Positions 22,928-32,931 of a stretch of 64,000 nucleotides of DNA are shown piece by piece. The stretch comes from a bacterium (lineage in GTDB: Bacteria; Patescibacteriota; Patescibacteriia; UBA9570). The notes beneath the pieces are model-generated. The model was not told the DNA's origin. It saw only the letters and a program-made list of their open reading frames with translations, and did no database searches. Each line of letters opens with the position of its first letter. The first letter of the stretch is position 1. A program made the position numbers and the translations under genes. The stretch covers positions 1,662-65,661 of the forward strand of contig JAUYKW010000008.1 in assembly GCA_030698395.1 (NCBI GenBank). Reading direction: 5' to 3'.

Positions 22928-22930
22928 GAT

Positions 22931-23512
22931 ATGAAACAAGTAGTAGTTATCGACAATTTTGATTCATTCACTTTTAATTTAGTTGATTATCTTAAACAAT
23001 GTGATGTGAATGTGATGGTTTATAGAAACACTGTGGACTTTAATATTATTGAAGATCTGCAACCAGATTTAATTGTACTATCTCCGGGTCCTGGTAACCC
23101 ACAACAAGCTGGAAAATTAATTGATTATATAAAACATTTTTCAGAACAGGTGCCAATCTTTGGTGTGTGTTTAGGTATGCAAGCAATTACAGAAGCGTTT
23201 GGTGGAAGCTTGCGATTACTAGATCAACCGAAGCATGGTAAATCTTCTTTAATCGAGCATGATGGCAAAAGTATTTTTGCAGGCATTACAAATCCTGCAG
23301 AAGTTGGCAGATATCATTCTTTGGCTGTTGATTTAATGCCAGATGACTTTGAAATTTCTGCTAGCACAAAGGATGGGAAGGATGAAGTGGTAATGGCAAT
23401 GCGTCATAATACTTTACCAATTGAAGGGGTGCAGTTTCATCCAGAATCTGTTTTGTCTTTCAAACAGCAAGTTGGATTAAAAATGATACAGAATTTAATT
23501 GCTCAATTATGA
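22931..23512 (+). CDS. trpG: Anthranilate synthase component II (glutamine amidotransferase)
   Basis: IDNFDSF, SPGPG, GVCLG, RYHSL, QFHPES. Confidence 0.94.
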   Translation: MKQVVVIDNFDSFTFNLVDYLKQCDVNVMVYRNTVDFNIIEDLQPDLIVLSPGPGNPQQAGKLIDYIKHFSEQVPIFGVCLGMQAITEAFGGSLRLLDQPKHGKSSLIEHDGKSIFAGITNPAEVGRYHSLAVDLMPDDFEISASTKDGKDEVVMAMRHNTLPIEGVQFHPESVLSFKQQVGLKMIQNLIAQL

Positions 23513-24486
23513 AGCAGTATCTTCAAATCATTGAGGATGGTGATACACTTTCTGAAGATCAAGCGGAGCAGGCTTTAAATTTAATCATGACAGGAAATGC
23601 AGATGAATCTGAAGTAGCTGCGTTACTTTCTGGTATGGCTAAACGAGGCGAGAGTGAATCTGAAATAATTGGTATGTTACGTGGTATGAGATCACAAATG
23701 GTGAAGATTGATTTAGGAAATGATTTGCTTGATACTTGTGGTACGGGTGGTGATGGTTTGAGTACTTTTAATATTTCTACAACCGTTGCATTAATTTGTG
23801 CGGCGTTGGGAGTTAAAGTGGCAAAGCATGGTAATAGAGCGGCTAGTTCTAAGAGTGGAAGTGCGGATGTGCTGGAAGCTTTAGGTGTGCCAATTGAATT
23901 ATCTGGTGGTGATGCAAAAGAATATTTTAATGAACATAATTTTGTCTTCCTTTTTGCTCGTACCTATCATCCTGCAATGAAACACGTTGCATCTGTAAGA
24001 AAAGAATTGGGCATTAGGACGATATTTAATTTCTTAGGACCCTTGGCTAATCCAGCCGGTGTAACAAGACAAATTGTAGGTGTTTCAAATCCAGAAAAAG
24101 CAAAGAGTATTGGCAATGCATTAATGGCTTTGGGAGCAGAACATGTATTAGTAATTTTTAGTGAAGACGGCATGGATGAGGCTAGCATTGCTACGCCAAC
24201 TAGCGTGCTAGATTTTAAACTAGGTCATATGGAAGAATTTACAGTGCAACCGCGTCAAATATTTTCTTTAGCCGACATAGCTGGTGGAGAGCCTGAAGAA
24301 AATGCACAGTTAATTAAAAACTTAGCAATCGGTAATGTGCATGCAGCTGTAAAAGAAGCAGTAATCCTTAATGCTGGCTTAGCATTGTATACTGCTGATG
24401 ACGTTTCTTCATATCAACAGGGGATAGAAAAAGTTGAAGAGTTTTTAAACAGTGGGGAGTTTGATAATTATCTGCAAAAGTTATGA
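23509..24486 (+). CDS. trpD: Anthranilate phosphoribosyltransferase
   Basis: DTCGTGGDG, FNIST, KHGNR, GSADVLEALG, DGMDE. Confidence 0.95.
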   Translation: MKQYLQIIEDGDTLSEDQAEQALNLIMTGNADESEVAALLSGMAKRGESESEIIGMLRGMRSQMVKIDLGNDLLDTCGTGGDGLSTFNISTTVALICAALGVKVAKHGNRAASSKSGSADVLEALGVPIELSGGDAKEYFNEHNFVFLFARTYHPAMKHVASVRKELGIRTIFNFLGPLANPAGVTRQIVGVSNPEKAKSIGNALMALGAEHVLVIFSEDGMDEASIATPTSVLDFKLGHMEEFTVQPRQIFSLADIAGGEPEENAQLIKNLAIGNVHAAVKEAVILNAGLALYTADDVSSYQQGIEKVEEFLNSGEFDNYLQKL

Positions 24487-25907
24487 TTACTCTGGAAGAT
24501 ATTTTAATAAAAAAACGTCAACGTTTAGAAGCAACGAAAAAGCAACAACCCTTAGTAGAATTAAAAAAAGCGCTAGCAGTTGTAGCGGATTCAAAACATA
24601 GTTTAGTTGATGCACTTACAGGTAAGGACAAAGTAAACGTTATTGCTGAATACAAAACTGCTTCGCCAAGTGGAGGGGTATTGATTGAGCAACCGAATTT
24701 AGAGAAAATTATTGCCAGCTATATATCTGGTGGTGCAACAGCTATATCAGTTTTAACAGAGCAAGACTTTTTTCTTGGAAATCTTTCTAGATTATCGTAT
24801 GTAAAATCTATGGTTGATGTACCAGTGTTGCGCAAGGATTTTATTATCGATCCGTATCAAATATATGAAAGTAAGGTACAACAAGCTGATGCAATATTAC
24901 TGATTGCTAATATACTGTCCGCTGAGCAGTTGCTAGAGTTTTCTCAGTTAGCAAAAGAATTAAAGTTGGATGTTTTATTTGAGATTCATGATGAACAAGA
25001 TCTTGAAAAAGTATTAGCATGCAAGCCACGTTTAATTGGCGTGAATGCACGTGATTTATCAACTATGGAAGTTGATTTGAGGAGGATAAATAAATTAATA
25101 AAAAAGATTCCTGATAATATTACGATAGTTGCTGAATCTGGAATTACTACTAAGCAAGATATCGATCACTTAAAAGATTTAGGAGTCAGTGCTGCGTTAA
25201 TTGGAACAACATTAATAAAATCTGATGATCCTCAAGGTAAGTTGCACGAACTGTTAGGCATTGATGACAATAAACAGTTTGTTGCTAAACAACAGTGTAA
25301 AGTAAAGGTGTGTGGAATAACTAATGAGGCTGATGCTTTTTTAGCTGTTCAATGTGGAGCTAATTATCTTGGATATATTTTAAATTATCCAAATAGTTCA
25401 AGATTTATTTCTATTAGTGATGCGAGTAAAATAATAAAAAGTGTTAGCTTGTTATATCCAGATATTAAGCATGTAGGCGTATTTGTAGATGCGACGGTAG
25501 ATACTATAACTAGAATGCAAAAACAATTGGATCTTGATGTAGTGCAGTTGCATGGCGATGAATCCATAGAGGAGGTTAGGGCAATAGGTAATGTAGAGAA
25601 ATGGAAGGCAGTTGAGATTCATCATACATCAGATGTTTCTTTAATCGAAAAATACATTGATGATGTGGATGCGATTGTAGTTGATGCTGGTAAAGGGTCT
25701 GGTAAGAGGATCGATCATGATATTTTACAGCAGATTAAATTTTCTAAACAGTTAGTGCTAGCTGGCGGTTTGGCGCCGGACAATGTTAGAATGTTAGTAG
25801 CAGATTATAGGCCAGCTATAGTTGATGTAAGTTCTGGAGTAGAAGCGATGCCCGGAAAAAAGGATCGTGCAAAGTTAGAAGCTTTTTTTGAGGCTGTGTT
25901 AATATAA
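24483..25907 (+). CDS. trpCF: Bifunctional indole-3-glycerol-phosphate synthase / phosphoribosylanthranilate isomerase
   Basis: AEYKTASPS, SVLTE, LRKDF, VAESG, then KVKVCGIT, VQLHGDE, LAGGL, DVSSGVE. Confidence 0.93.
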   Translation: MITLEDILIKKRQRLEATKKQQPLVELKKALAVVADSKHSLVDALTGKDKVNVIAEYKTASPSGGVLIEQPNLEKIIASYISGGATAISVLTEQDFFLGNLSRLSYVKSMVDVPVLRKDFIIDPYQIYESKVQQADAILLIANILSAEQLLEFSQLAKELKLDVLFEIHDEQDLEKVLACKPRLIGVNARDLSTMEVDLRRINKLIKKIPDNITIVAESGITTKQDIDHLKDLGVSAALIGTTLIKSDDPQGKLHELLGIDDNKQFVAKQQCKVKVCGITNEADAFLAVQCGANYLGYILNYPNSSRFISISDASKIIKSVSLLYPDIKHVGVFVDATVDTITRMQKQLDLDVVQLHGDESIEEVRAIGNVEKWKAVEIHHTSDVSLIEKYIDDVDAIVVDAGKGSGKRIDHDILQQIKFSKQLVLAGGLAPDNVRMLVADYRPAIVDVSSGVEAMPGKKDRAKLEAFFEAVLI

Positions 25908-25916
25908 ATTATCAAT

Positions 25917-27152
25917 ATGAGCAAAGAACTTTTTTTTAAAACTCAATATGAGCCAGATGAGAATGGCCATTTTGGGGAGTTTGGTGGACGATATGTGCCG
26001 GAATTATTAATGCCGGTTTTGATTGAATTAGAACAAGCTTATAAAAAAGCTATTCAAGATGAAAGTTTTTTAGCAGATATAAAAAAAGTTTTTAAGAATT
26101 TTGTGGGTCGTCCTACGCCATTACATTATGCAAATAATCTTTCGGATGAGTTAGGCGGTGCTAGAATCTATTTAAAAAATGAAGGTCAGGCGCATACGGG
26201 AGCACATAAGATTAATCATTGCGTCGGACAAGCATTACTTGCAAAACGCATGGGAAAGAAACGAATCATTGCAGAAACTGGTGCTGGTCAGCATGGCATA
26301 GCTGCAGCTACGGTAGCTGCCAAGTTTGGTTTTTCATGCACGGTTCATATGGGAGCAGTTGATGCTAAACGGCAAGCACCAAACGTTTTTTGGATGCAAC
26401 AGTTAGGTGCAGAGGTGAAGATTGTAGAGCATGGAACTAAAACATTGAAGGATGCAGTAACTAGCGCATTACAAGATTGGATTGGAGATCCAGCAGAGAG
26501 TTACTATTTATTAGGATCCGCGTTAGGTCCACATCCTTATCCAATGATGGTGCGAGATTTTCAGAGTATCATCGGTATAGAAGTATCAGAACAAATTCAG
26601 GAATACATTGGAGAAAATAAAAAGCCAGATTATTTAGTAGCCTGCGTGGGTGGAGGTAGTAATGCAATTGGATTATTCAATGCATTTTTGGATGATCCTG
26701 AGGTACACATGATTGGTGTAGAGGCTGGCGGTAGAGATGTCACTAAACCTGGTGAGCATGCAACTAGATTGGCTAATAATTCTAAAGTAGGAGTGATTGA
26801 TGGGTATAAATCTTACTTTTTACAAGATGATCAAGGTAATGTGGAATCAACCCATAGTATTTCTGCTGGATTAGATTATGCAGGCATTGGTCCGGAGCAT
26901 GCTTATTTACATAGTGTAGGCAGAGTAGAATATACGTCGGTCTCAGATGAAGAAGCTAGAGCAGCTTTTACAAAACTCAGTCGTAGTGAAGGAATTATTC
27001 CAGCTTTGGAATCCGCACATGCTGTGGCGCATGCGCTTAAACTTGCACCAGAGTTATCATCTGATAAGAATATTGTGGTGAACATTTCTGGAAGAGGGGA
27101 TAAAGATTTATTTATTGTTAACGAAAAATTGAATGCCAAGATCAATAACTGA
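25917..27152 (+). CDS. trpB: Tryptophan synthase beta chain
   Basis: GAHKIN, AETGAGQHG, GGGSNA, SAGLDY, ALESAHA, SGRGDKD. Confidence 0.97.
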   Translation: MSKELFFKTQYEPDENGHFGEFGGRYVPELLMPVLIELEQAYKKAIQDESFLADIKKVFKNFVGRPTPLHYANNLSDELGGARIYLKNEGQAHTGAHKINHCVGQALLAKRMGKKRIIAETGAGQHGIAAATVAAKFGFSCTVHMGAVDAKRQAPNVFWMQQLGAEVKIVEHGTKTLKDAVTSALQDWIGDPAESYYLLGSALGPHPYPMMVRDFQSIIGIEVSEQIQEYIGENKKPDYLVACVGGGSNAIGLFNAFLDDPEVHMIGVEAGGRDVTKPGEHATRLANNSKVGVIDGYKSYFLQDDQGNVESTHSISAGLDYAGIGPEHAYLHSVGRVEYTSVSDEEARAAFTKLSRSEGIIPALESAHAVAHALKLAPELSSDKNIVVNISGRGDKDLFIVNEKLNAKINN

Positions 27153-27906
27153 ACAAATTAAGTTAGCCAAGCAGGAAAATCGCATGGCACTTATGACTCA
27201 TGTAGTAATGGGTTATCCAAGCTTAGAAGATACTAGGCAGAGAGTTTTATTGATGGTACAAGCTGGCGTTGATATTATTGAGTTACAACTTCCGTTTTCT
27301 GATCCTTTAGCGGACGGACCAATTATTACCGTGGCGAATCAGACTGCTGTGAAAAATGGGGTTACAATTAAGCAATGTATGGATCTTGCTACAGAATTAT
27401 CCAGCCAAGTTGAAATACCTTTGCAATGGGTTGGTTATTATAATACAGTTTTTAATTATGGCATCGAGAAATTTATTAAGGATAGTAGGAGGGCAGGAAT
27501 TCAGGCATTTACTTTTCCAGACTTACCAATTGATGAAGAACCATATGAACATTTTTTTGAATTAGCTAGTCTGGCTGGTATTCCAGTGATTCAGTTAGTG
27601 TCACTAATAACACCAGTGGAGAGACTTAAAGAAATTAACAAATTAGCTCATTCATATATTTATTGCGTGGCTCGTTTTGGTGTGACGGGTACTGATTCTA
27701 AGATGTCAGATGAGATTGTTTCATATCTGCAGAAGGTACGAAAATATGTTACAGTACCTTTAGCAGTTGGTTTTGGCATTTCGCAACCACAGCATATTCG
27801 GGATTTGCGTGATAGTGCTGATGTGGTAGTTGTAGGAAGTGCTCTACTAAATTTATCTTTACCAGAGTTAAAAGACCAAATTCAAACATTATGCGCAGCT
27901 TTGTAA
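27133..27906 (+). CDS. trpA: Tryptophan synthase alpha chain
   Basis: PFSDPLADGP, GVTG, VGFGIS, VVGSA. Confidence 0.95.
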   Translation: MPRSITEQIKLAKQENRMALMTHVVMGYPSLEDTRQRVLLMVQAGVDIIELQLPFSDPLADGPIITVANQTAVKNGVTIKQCMDLATELSSQVEIPLQWVGYYNTVFNYGIEKFIKDSRRAGIQAFTFPDLPIDEEPYEHFFELASLAGIPVIQLVSLITPVERLKEINKLAHSYIYCVARFGVTGTDSKMSDEIVSYLQKVRKYVTVPLAVGFGISQPQHIRDLRDSADVVVVGSALLNLSLPELKDQIQTLCAAL

Positions 27907-28910
27907 AAACTTTATCAAAAAAATATCCAGTTATTATTGAGCAAGGTATTGTGAAGAAATTTAAGTTTCCAAAAAATGCATTTGTTATCAGTGATGATAG
28001 TTTGCGGATAAAATTTAAAAATGAATTACCAAATCATCAATGGATTAGTTTTTCTGCTGGTGAACATTCTAAAAATTTAACTACAGTTGAAGAACTGTGT
28101 GAAAAATTAGTAAAGTTGGGAGCAAATCGTAGTTCTAGTATTATTGCGTTTGGTGGCGGTATAGTTGGTGATATTGCAGGATTTGTAGCATCTATATATA
28201 TGAGAGGGATTCCGTTTTATCAAGTTCCAACATCTTTGCTAGCAATGGTGGATGCGAGTGTTGGTGGTAAAACAGGTGTAGATTTAAATGCCGGAAAAAA
28301 TTTAATTGGATCTTTTTATCAGCCCGAAGCTGTACTGATTGATCCGACATTTTTAGTTAAGCTTCCGCAACTAGAGTTTAGTCATGGTATGGCAGAAGTT
28401 ATTAAACATGGAGTTATTGATGGTAAGTTTTTTAATTGGCTAGAAAATAATCAGGATAAGATAAAACAGCGTGATGTAGAAACTTTGTCTACGATGATTG
28501 CAAAAAATGTGAAAATTAAATCTGATATTGTCGAGCAGGACGAGAAAGAGGGCAATGTAAGGATGTTGCTAAATCTGGGACACACCTTTGGTCATGCAAT
28601 TGAAAAATTAAGTGAATATGCAATACCACATGGTGAAGCAGTTGCGATGGGAATGATTTACGCTGCTGAATTTTCTGAATCGAAAGATGTATTAAGAATA
28701 ACTAAGTTATTATATGAATTTGGTTTATCAAGCCATTTAGAAAAACCATATACTGCAAAATCTATGGTTGGCGTGATGATGTCTGATAAAAAAAATAAAG
28801 ATAATAAGATTAATTTAGTTTTACCTCAATCGATTGGTGATGTAAAAATCAATTCTGCATTTAGTTCAGAAAAATTAGAGAAGTTTATCTCGAACTATTA
28901 TGAGCGCTAA
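27891..28910 (+). CDS. aroB: 3-dehydroquinate synthase
   Basis: GGGIVGD, PTSLLAMVDASVGGK, LNLGHTFGHA, HGEAV. Confidence 0.95.
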   Translation: MRSFVKTLSKKYPVIIEQGIVKKFKFPKNAFVISDDSLRIKFKNELPNHQWISFSAGEHSKNLTTVEELCEKLVKLGANRSSSIIAFGGGIVGDIAGFVASIYMRGIPFYQVPTSLLAMVDASVGGKTGVDLNAGKNLIGSFYQPEAVLIDPTFLVKLPQLEFSHGMAEVIKHGVIDGKFFNWLENNQDKIKQRDVETLSTMIAKNVKIKSDIVEQDEKEGNVRMLLNLGHTFGHAIEKLSEYAIPHGEAVAMGMIYAAEFSESKDVLRITKLLYEFGLSSHLEKPYTAKSMVGVMMSDKKNKDNKINLVLPQSIGDVKINSAFSSEKLEKFISNYYER

Positions 28911-30621
28911 AAAGATTGCTGTATTAGCAAAACCGATTAAATATTCAATTTCGGTTCCTGGTTCTAAATCTCTAATGAACCGAGCATTAATTTGTGCAGC
29001 TCTTGCTAGTGGACAGACAAAACTTACGAATCCAAATTATTGCGAGGATACAGTTTATCTTATTAAGGCATTGCAATCTCTTGGCGTAACTATCAAGCAA
29101 CATGCTGATTATTTATTAGTTAAAGGAATTGCTGGCAAGTTCAAAAAACCAAGTCGAGCATTATTTTTAGGCAATGCAGGAACAGCGACTAGATTTTTAA
29201 CTCCACTAGTTCCAGTGGGAACAAGCATAACTGGTGACAAACATATGCAGCAAAGACCACTAGATGATTTGTTAAAAGCATTGTATCAGTTAGGATTTGA
29301 TTTTGAATCGAAAACTGGATGTCCACCAGTAAAAATTATATCTCGCGAACAAACATCAGAAACAATAGATATTCCAGGAAAGATAAGTAGTCAATATTTA
29401 TCGGCCATATTAATGATGGCACCAACTTTAAAGAAGCCATTAACTATTAATGTACGCGGAACATTGGTATCGAAGCCATATGTAGAAATGACTATTGCGG
29501 TAATGAAGCAATTTGGTGTGAGCATTAGGCATGAAGATTTTAAGAAATTTTTTATTAAGCCCCAAGTTTATCAATTTACAAAATATGAAGTGCCAGCAGA
29601 TGCAAGTAGTGCAACTTACTGGTGGACACTTGCAGCGATTACAGGTAGCTCAATTACAGTGGATAATTTACATGATAATAAGCAAGCAGATTTTGGTTAT
29701 TTGCAGATTTTAAAAAAGATGGGTTGCCAGGTTAAAGGAACTACAGTTACTGGCTCGGAAGAATTGTGGGCAGTTTCTCAAAATATGAAAGATATGCCGG
29801 ATGCAGTTATGAGTTTAGCAATGGTCGCAGCATGCGCAACAGGTGTAACTGAGATAAAAAATATTTCTCACTTAAAAGCTAAAGAAACTAATAGGCTAAA
29901 GTTGTTAATTTCTAATTTACGAAAAGTTGGAATTAGAGCAAGTACTAATGGCACGAATTTAAAAATCACAGGGGATGTTGGTAAAATAAATGGGAAGCGG
30001 ATAACAACAGAAGATGATCATCGGTTTGCAATGGCTTTTGCTATTCTAGGTTTGCGTTTTTCTAATATGTCGATTGATAAATCGGAATGTGTAAAAAAAA
30101 GCTATCCAGCTTTTTGGCAAGATATTCAGAAATGCCAGCAAGCCAGTAAGAAACAAACCATCTTGTTAACTGGCATGAGGGGTTCTGGTAAAAGTACAAT
30201 TGGAAAAAATTGGGCAAAAAAGTATGGTGCAAGTTTTATAGATCTTGATGAAGAGATTGAAAAAGAAATTAGCATGAGTATTTCGCAATATGTTAAAAAC
30301 TATGGTTGGAAAAAGTTCAGAAATGTTGAAATTAAAATTACGAAACGGTTCATAGATATTGAAAATGCTGTTATAGCGACAGGGGGCGGTACATTGATGA
30401 ATCAGCATAATTATGTTAATCTTAAACACTACTATATAGTTTTAATGTATGCGCCAGTCTCAGAATTAAGACGCAGGGTGCAGAATGACAAGAAAACAAG
30501 TAAGTCTCGCCCAGCATTATTATCTGATACACAAGATGAATTAGGTGATATTTGGAAAAAACGCAAATATAAATATTATCAGGTAGCTGATAAAATATAT
30601 GATAGCCGTAACCCTCGCTAA
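28900..30621 (+). CDS. aroA: Fused EPSP synthase + shikimate kinase
   Basis: PGSKS, LGNAGTATR, SSQY, KETNR, DHRFAMAF, KSYP, then GMRGSGKST and ATGGG (AroK domain). Confidence 0.92.
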   Translation: MSAKKIAVLAKPIKYSISVPGSKSLMNRALICAALASGQTKLTNPNYCEDTVYLIKALQSLGVTIKQHADYLLVKGIAGKFKKPSRALFLGNAGTATRFLTPLVPVGTSITGDKHMQQRPLDDLLKALYQLGFDFESKTGCPPVKIISREQTSETIDIPGKISSQYLSAILMMAPTLKKPLTINVRGTLVSKPYVEMTIAVMKQFGVSIRHEDFKKFFIKPQVYQFTKYEVPADASSATYWWTLAAITGSSITVDNLHDNKQADFGYLQILKKMGCQVKGTTVTGSEELWAVSQNMKDMPDAVMSLAMVAACATGVTEIKNISHLKAKETNRLKLLISNLRKVGIRASTNGTNLKITGDVGKINGKRITTEDDHRFAMAFAILGLRFSNMSIDKSECVKKSYPAFWQDIQKCQQASKKQTILLTGMRGSGKSTIGKNWAKKYGASFIDLDEEIEKEISMSISQYVKNYGWKKFRNVEIKITKRFIDIENAVIATGGGTLMNQHNYVNLKHYYIVLMYAPVSELRRRVQNDKKTSKSRPALLSDTQDELGDIWKKRKYKYYQVADKIYDSRNPR

Positions 30622-31939
30622 TCCAAGACACCTCAAGCGTGCTAATAGCACTAAGGCGGATCTTATTGAAATCCGAACTGATTTATATCCTGAATCAAAC
30701 ATAGCCGGTTTAATTGCAAAATGTGAGAAACCGGTTATTTTAACTATCAAATCTCCACGCACTGTTTGGCTGGATTATATTGATTCACCAAAAGTTAAAT
30801 ATGTTGATATTGATTATCGCTTAACTGGTTTGATTAAGGAATTTCATAAAGAGAGATCAAAACGTGTAAAGCTAATTGTATCTTTTCATGATTACAAGGA
30901 AACTCCATCTTGGGAAAGAATTCAAAAACGATTAGTACAATTACAAAAGTTAAATCCAGATGTTATCAAAGTCGCTACTATGATAGAGGAGTTTGATGAT
31001 ATTAGTGTGATTGCGCGATTACAAAAGAAACTAGGTAAGAAAGTGATTGCAGTTGGCATGGGAGATTTAGGTATGATGACCAGAATATATAACAGGGGAT
31101 TACTAACATACGCGCGGTTAAGTGCAACAGATAAGCAAACGTTGGAAAATGTTAGTGCAGCACCAGGACAACTTACCGTAGAACAATTAAAGGAGAGAAA
31201 GATTTTTGGGCTAGTCGGTGATGCTATTAAATATAGCTTAAGTCCTTTGATGTATAATAACTCTTTTCAGCATTATGATTTGCCACATATTTATCAGTTG
31301 TGGGATACGTCAAAGTTTTCTACATTTAAAGAGGTATTCAATTTTTTTAAGCTTCCTGGAGCATCAGTAACACAGCCTTTTAAAACTAACGCATTAAAGA
31401 TGGTTGACCACGCAGATGCAGATTCGGTAAAAATTGGTGCAGTAAATACAGTGGTCCGAGATTCTGATGATAAGTTGATTGGATATAATACAGATTGGGT
31501 AGGTGCAGAAAAAGCTTTGCATGGAGAATTAAAAGATAAAAAAATATTAATTCTTGGGGCTGGCGGTGCGTCAGCAGCTGTGGCATATGCAGCTGAAAAA
31601 AATGGTGCAACTAAGGTAACAGTATTATCTCGGAGGGATATGCCAACTGATGAAGATGATTTTGATGTTTTAGTTAATGCAACACCGGTTTACGATACAG
31701 TTTTAGTTCCAGAAGATTCTTTGTATAGTAAAGTTGTAATGGATTGTAATTATGGAACAATTACAGAGTTAGTACGTCATGCTGAGAAAAAAGCGCGAGT
31801 TGTCATGGATGGCTTGCCCATGTTATTGTATCAGGGTGAACCGCAATTTAAATATTGGACTGGAAAAAAAATGCCAGTAGAGAAAATTATGACAGCATTA
31901 AAAAAACATAAGAAAGCAAAAACTGGGTATGGCAGGTAA
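30599..31939 (+). CDS. aroDE: Fused type I dehydroquinase + shikimate dehydrogenase (AroD-AroE)
   Basis: DLIEIRTD, VSFHD, DVIKVA, APGQ; then SLSP, SVTQPFK, GAVNT, NTD, GAGGA, NATP, MLLYQG. Confidence 0.9.
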   Translation: MIAVTLANPRHLKRANSTKADLIEIRTDLYPESNIAGLIAKCEKPVILTIKSPRTVWLDYIDSPKVKYVDIDYRLTGLIKEFHKERSKRVKLIVSFHDYKETPSWERIQKRLVQLQKLNPDVIKVATMIEEFDDISVIARLQKKLGKKVIAVGMGDLGMMTRIYNRGLLTYARLSATDKQTLENVSAAPGQLTVEQLKERKIFGLVGDAIKYSLSPLMYNNSFQHYDLPHIYQLWDTSKFSTFKEVFNFFKLPGASVTQPFKTNALKMVDHADADSVKIGAVNTVVRDSDDKLIGYNTDWVGAEKALHGELKDKKILILGAGGASAAVAYAAEKNGATKVTVLSRRDMPTDEDDFDVLVNATPVYDTVLVPEDSLYSKVVMDCNYGTITELVRHAEKKARVVMDGLPMLLYQGEPQFKYWTGKKMPVEKIMTALKKHKKAKTGYGR

Positions 31940-32906
31940 TACATTTGGACAATTATTTCGAGTAACAACATGGGGAGAATCTCATGGTCATGCTATTGGT
32001 GGTGTAATTGATGGATGTCCAGCTGGAATCTCACTATCCATAGATGATATTCAGGTAGATTTGGATAGGCGCAGGCCAGGGCAAAGTATTATTACAACAC
32101 CGCGCAAAGAACTTGATAAGATAAAAATTTTATCTGGAGTTTTTGAAGGAAAAACTACTGGTACGCCAATTAGTTTAGCGATTAAGAATCAGGATCAGCG
32201 ATCTCAGGATTATGCCAAATTAAAAACGAGTTATCGAAAAGGACACGCAGATGAGGTGTATGATTTGAAGTATGGTTTTCGTGATCATCGTGGAGGTGGT
32301 AGAGCAAGTGCACGTGAGACTGCTGTGCGAGTAGCTGCAGGTGCAGTGGCAAAAAAAATATTACCGAAGAAAACCAAAGTAATTGCTTATACTAAACAGA
32401 TTCAAGATTTGGTAGTAGCAATACCAAAGTTTAATCAGATAGAGCAGAATCCAGTTAGAGCAGCAGATAATAAAGTAGCAGCTGAGATGGTGACATTAAT
32501 AAAGCAGGCTATGAGAGCTAAAGATTCCGTGGGTGGAATTATTGAGATAGTAATTAAAAATTGTCCGGTTGGTCTGGGTGAGCCTGTGTTTGATAAATTA
32601 AAAGCAGATTTAGCGAAAGGCTTATTAAGTATTCCAGCAGTTGTTGGATTTGAGTATGGTGCGGGTTTTGATGTAGTTGCAATGTATGGTTCAGAGCATA
32701 ATGATATTGAAGTTGGTATGTATGGTGGAATTTCTGATGGTAAAGACATAACAATGAGGGTAGCAGTTAAGCCTACTTCTTCAATAAAAATAAATGGTCG
32801 TCACGATCCATGTTTACTGCCTCGAGCAGTTCCAGTTTGTGAGGCAATGGTTAATTTAGTATTGATAGATTTTTATTTACGTAATAAGATTGTTCGTTCT
32901 AAATAA
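31929..32906 (+). CDS. aroC: Chorismate synthase
   Basis: TWGESHG, RRRPG, GGGRASARETA, DSVGG, KPTSS, RHDPC. Confidence 0.95.
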   Translation: MAGNTFGQLFRVTTWGESHGHAIGGVIDGCPAGISLSIDDIQVDLDRRRPGQSIITTPRKELDKIKILSGVFEGKTTGTPISLAIKNQDQRSQDYAKLKTSYRKGHADEVYDLKYGFRDHRGGGRASARETAVRVAAGAVAKKILPKKTKVIAYTKQIQDLVVAIPKFNQIEQNPVRAADNKVAAEMVTLIKQAMRAKDSVGGIIEIVIKNCPVGLGEPVFDKLKADLAKGLLSIPAVVGFEYGAGFDVVAMYGSEHNDIEVGMYGGISDGKDITMRVAVKPTSSIKINGRHDPCLLPRAVPVCEAMVNLVLIDFYLRNKIVRSK

Positions 32907-32931
32907 CTATTTTTAATGAACTTATATTTAT

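Noticed and set aside
23509-23512. Alternative genetic code (TGA=Gly, code 25)
   Set aside because: trpG ends at TGA in an ATGA overlap with trpD at the expected length, and conserved genes are intact under code 11.
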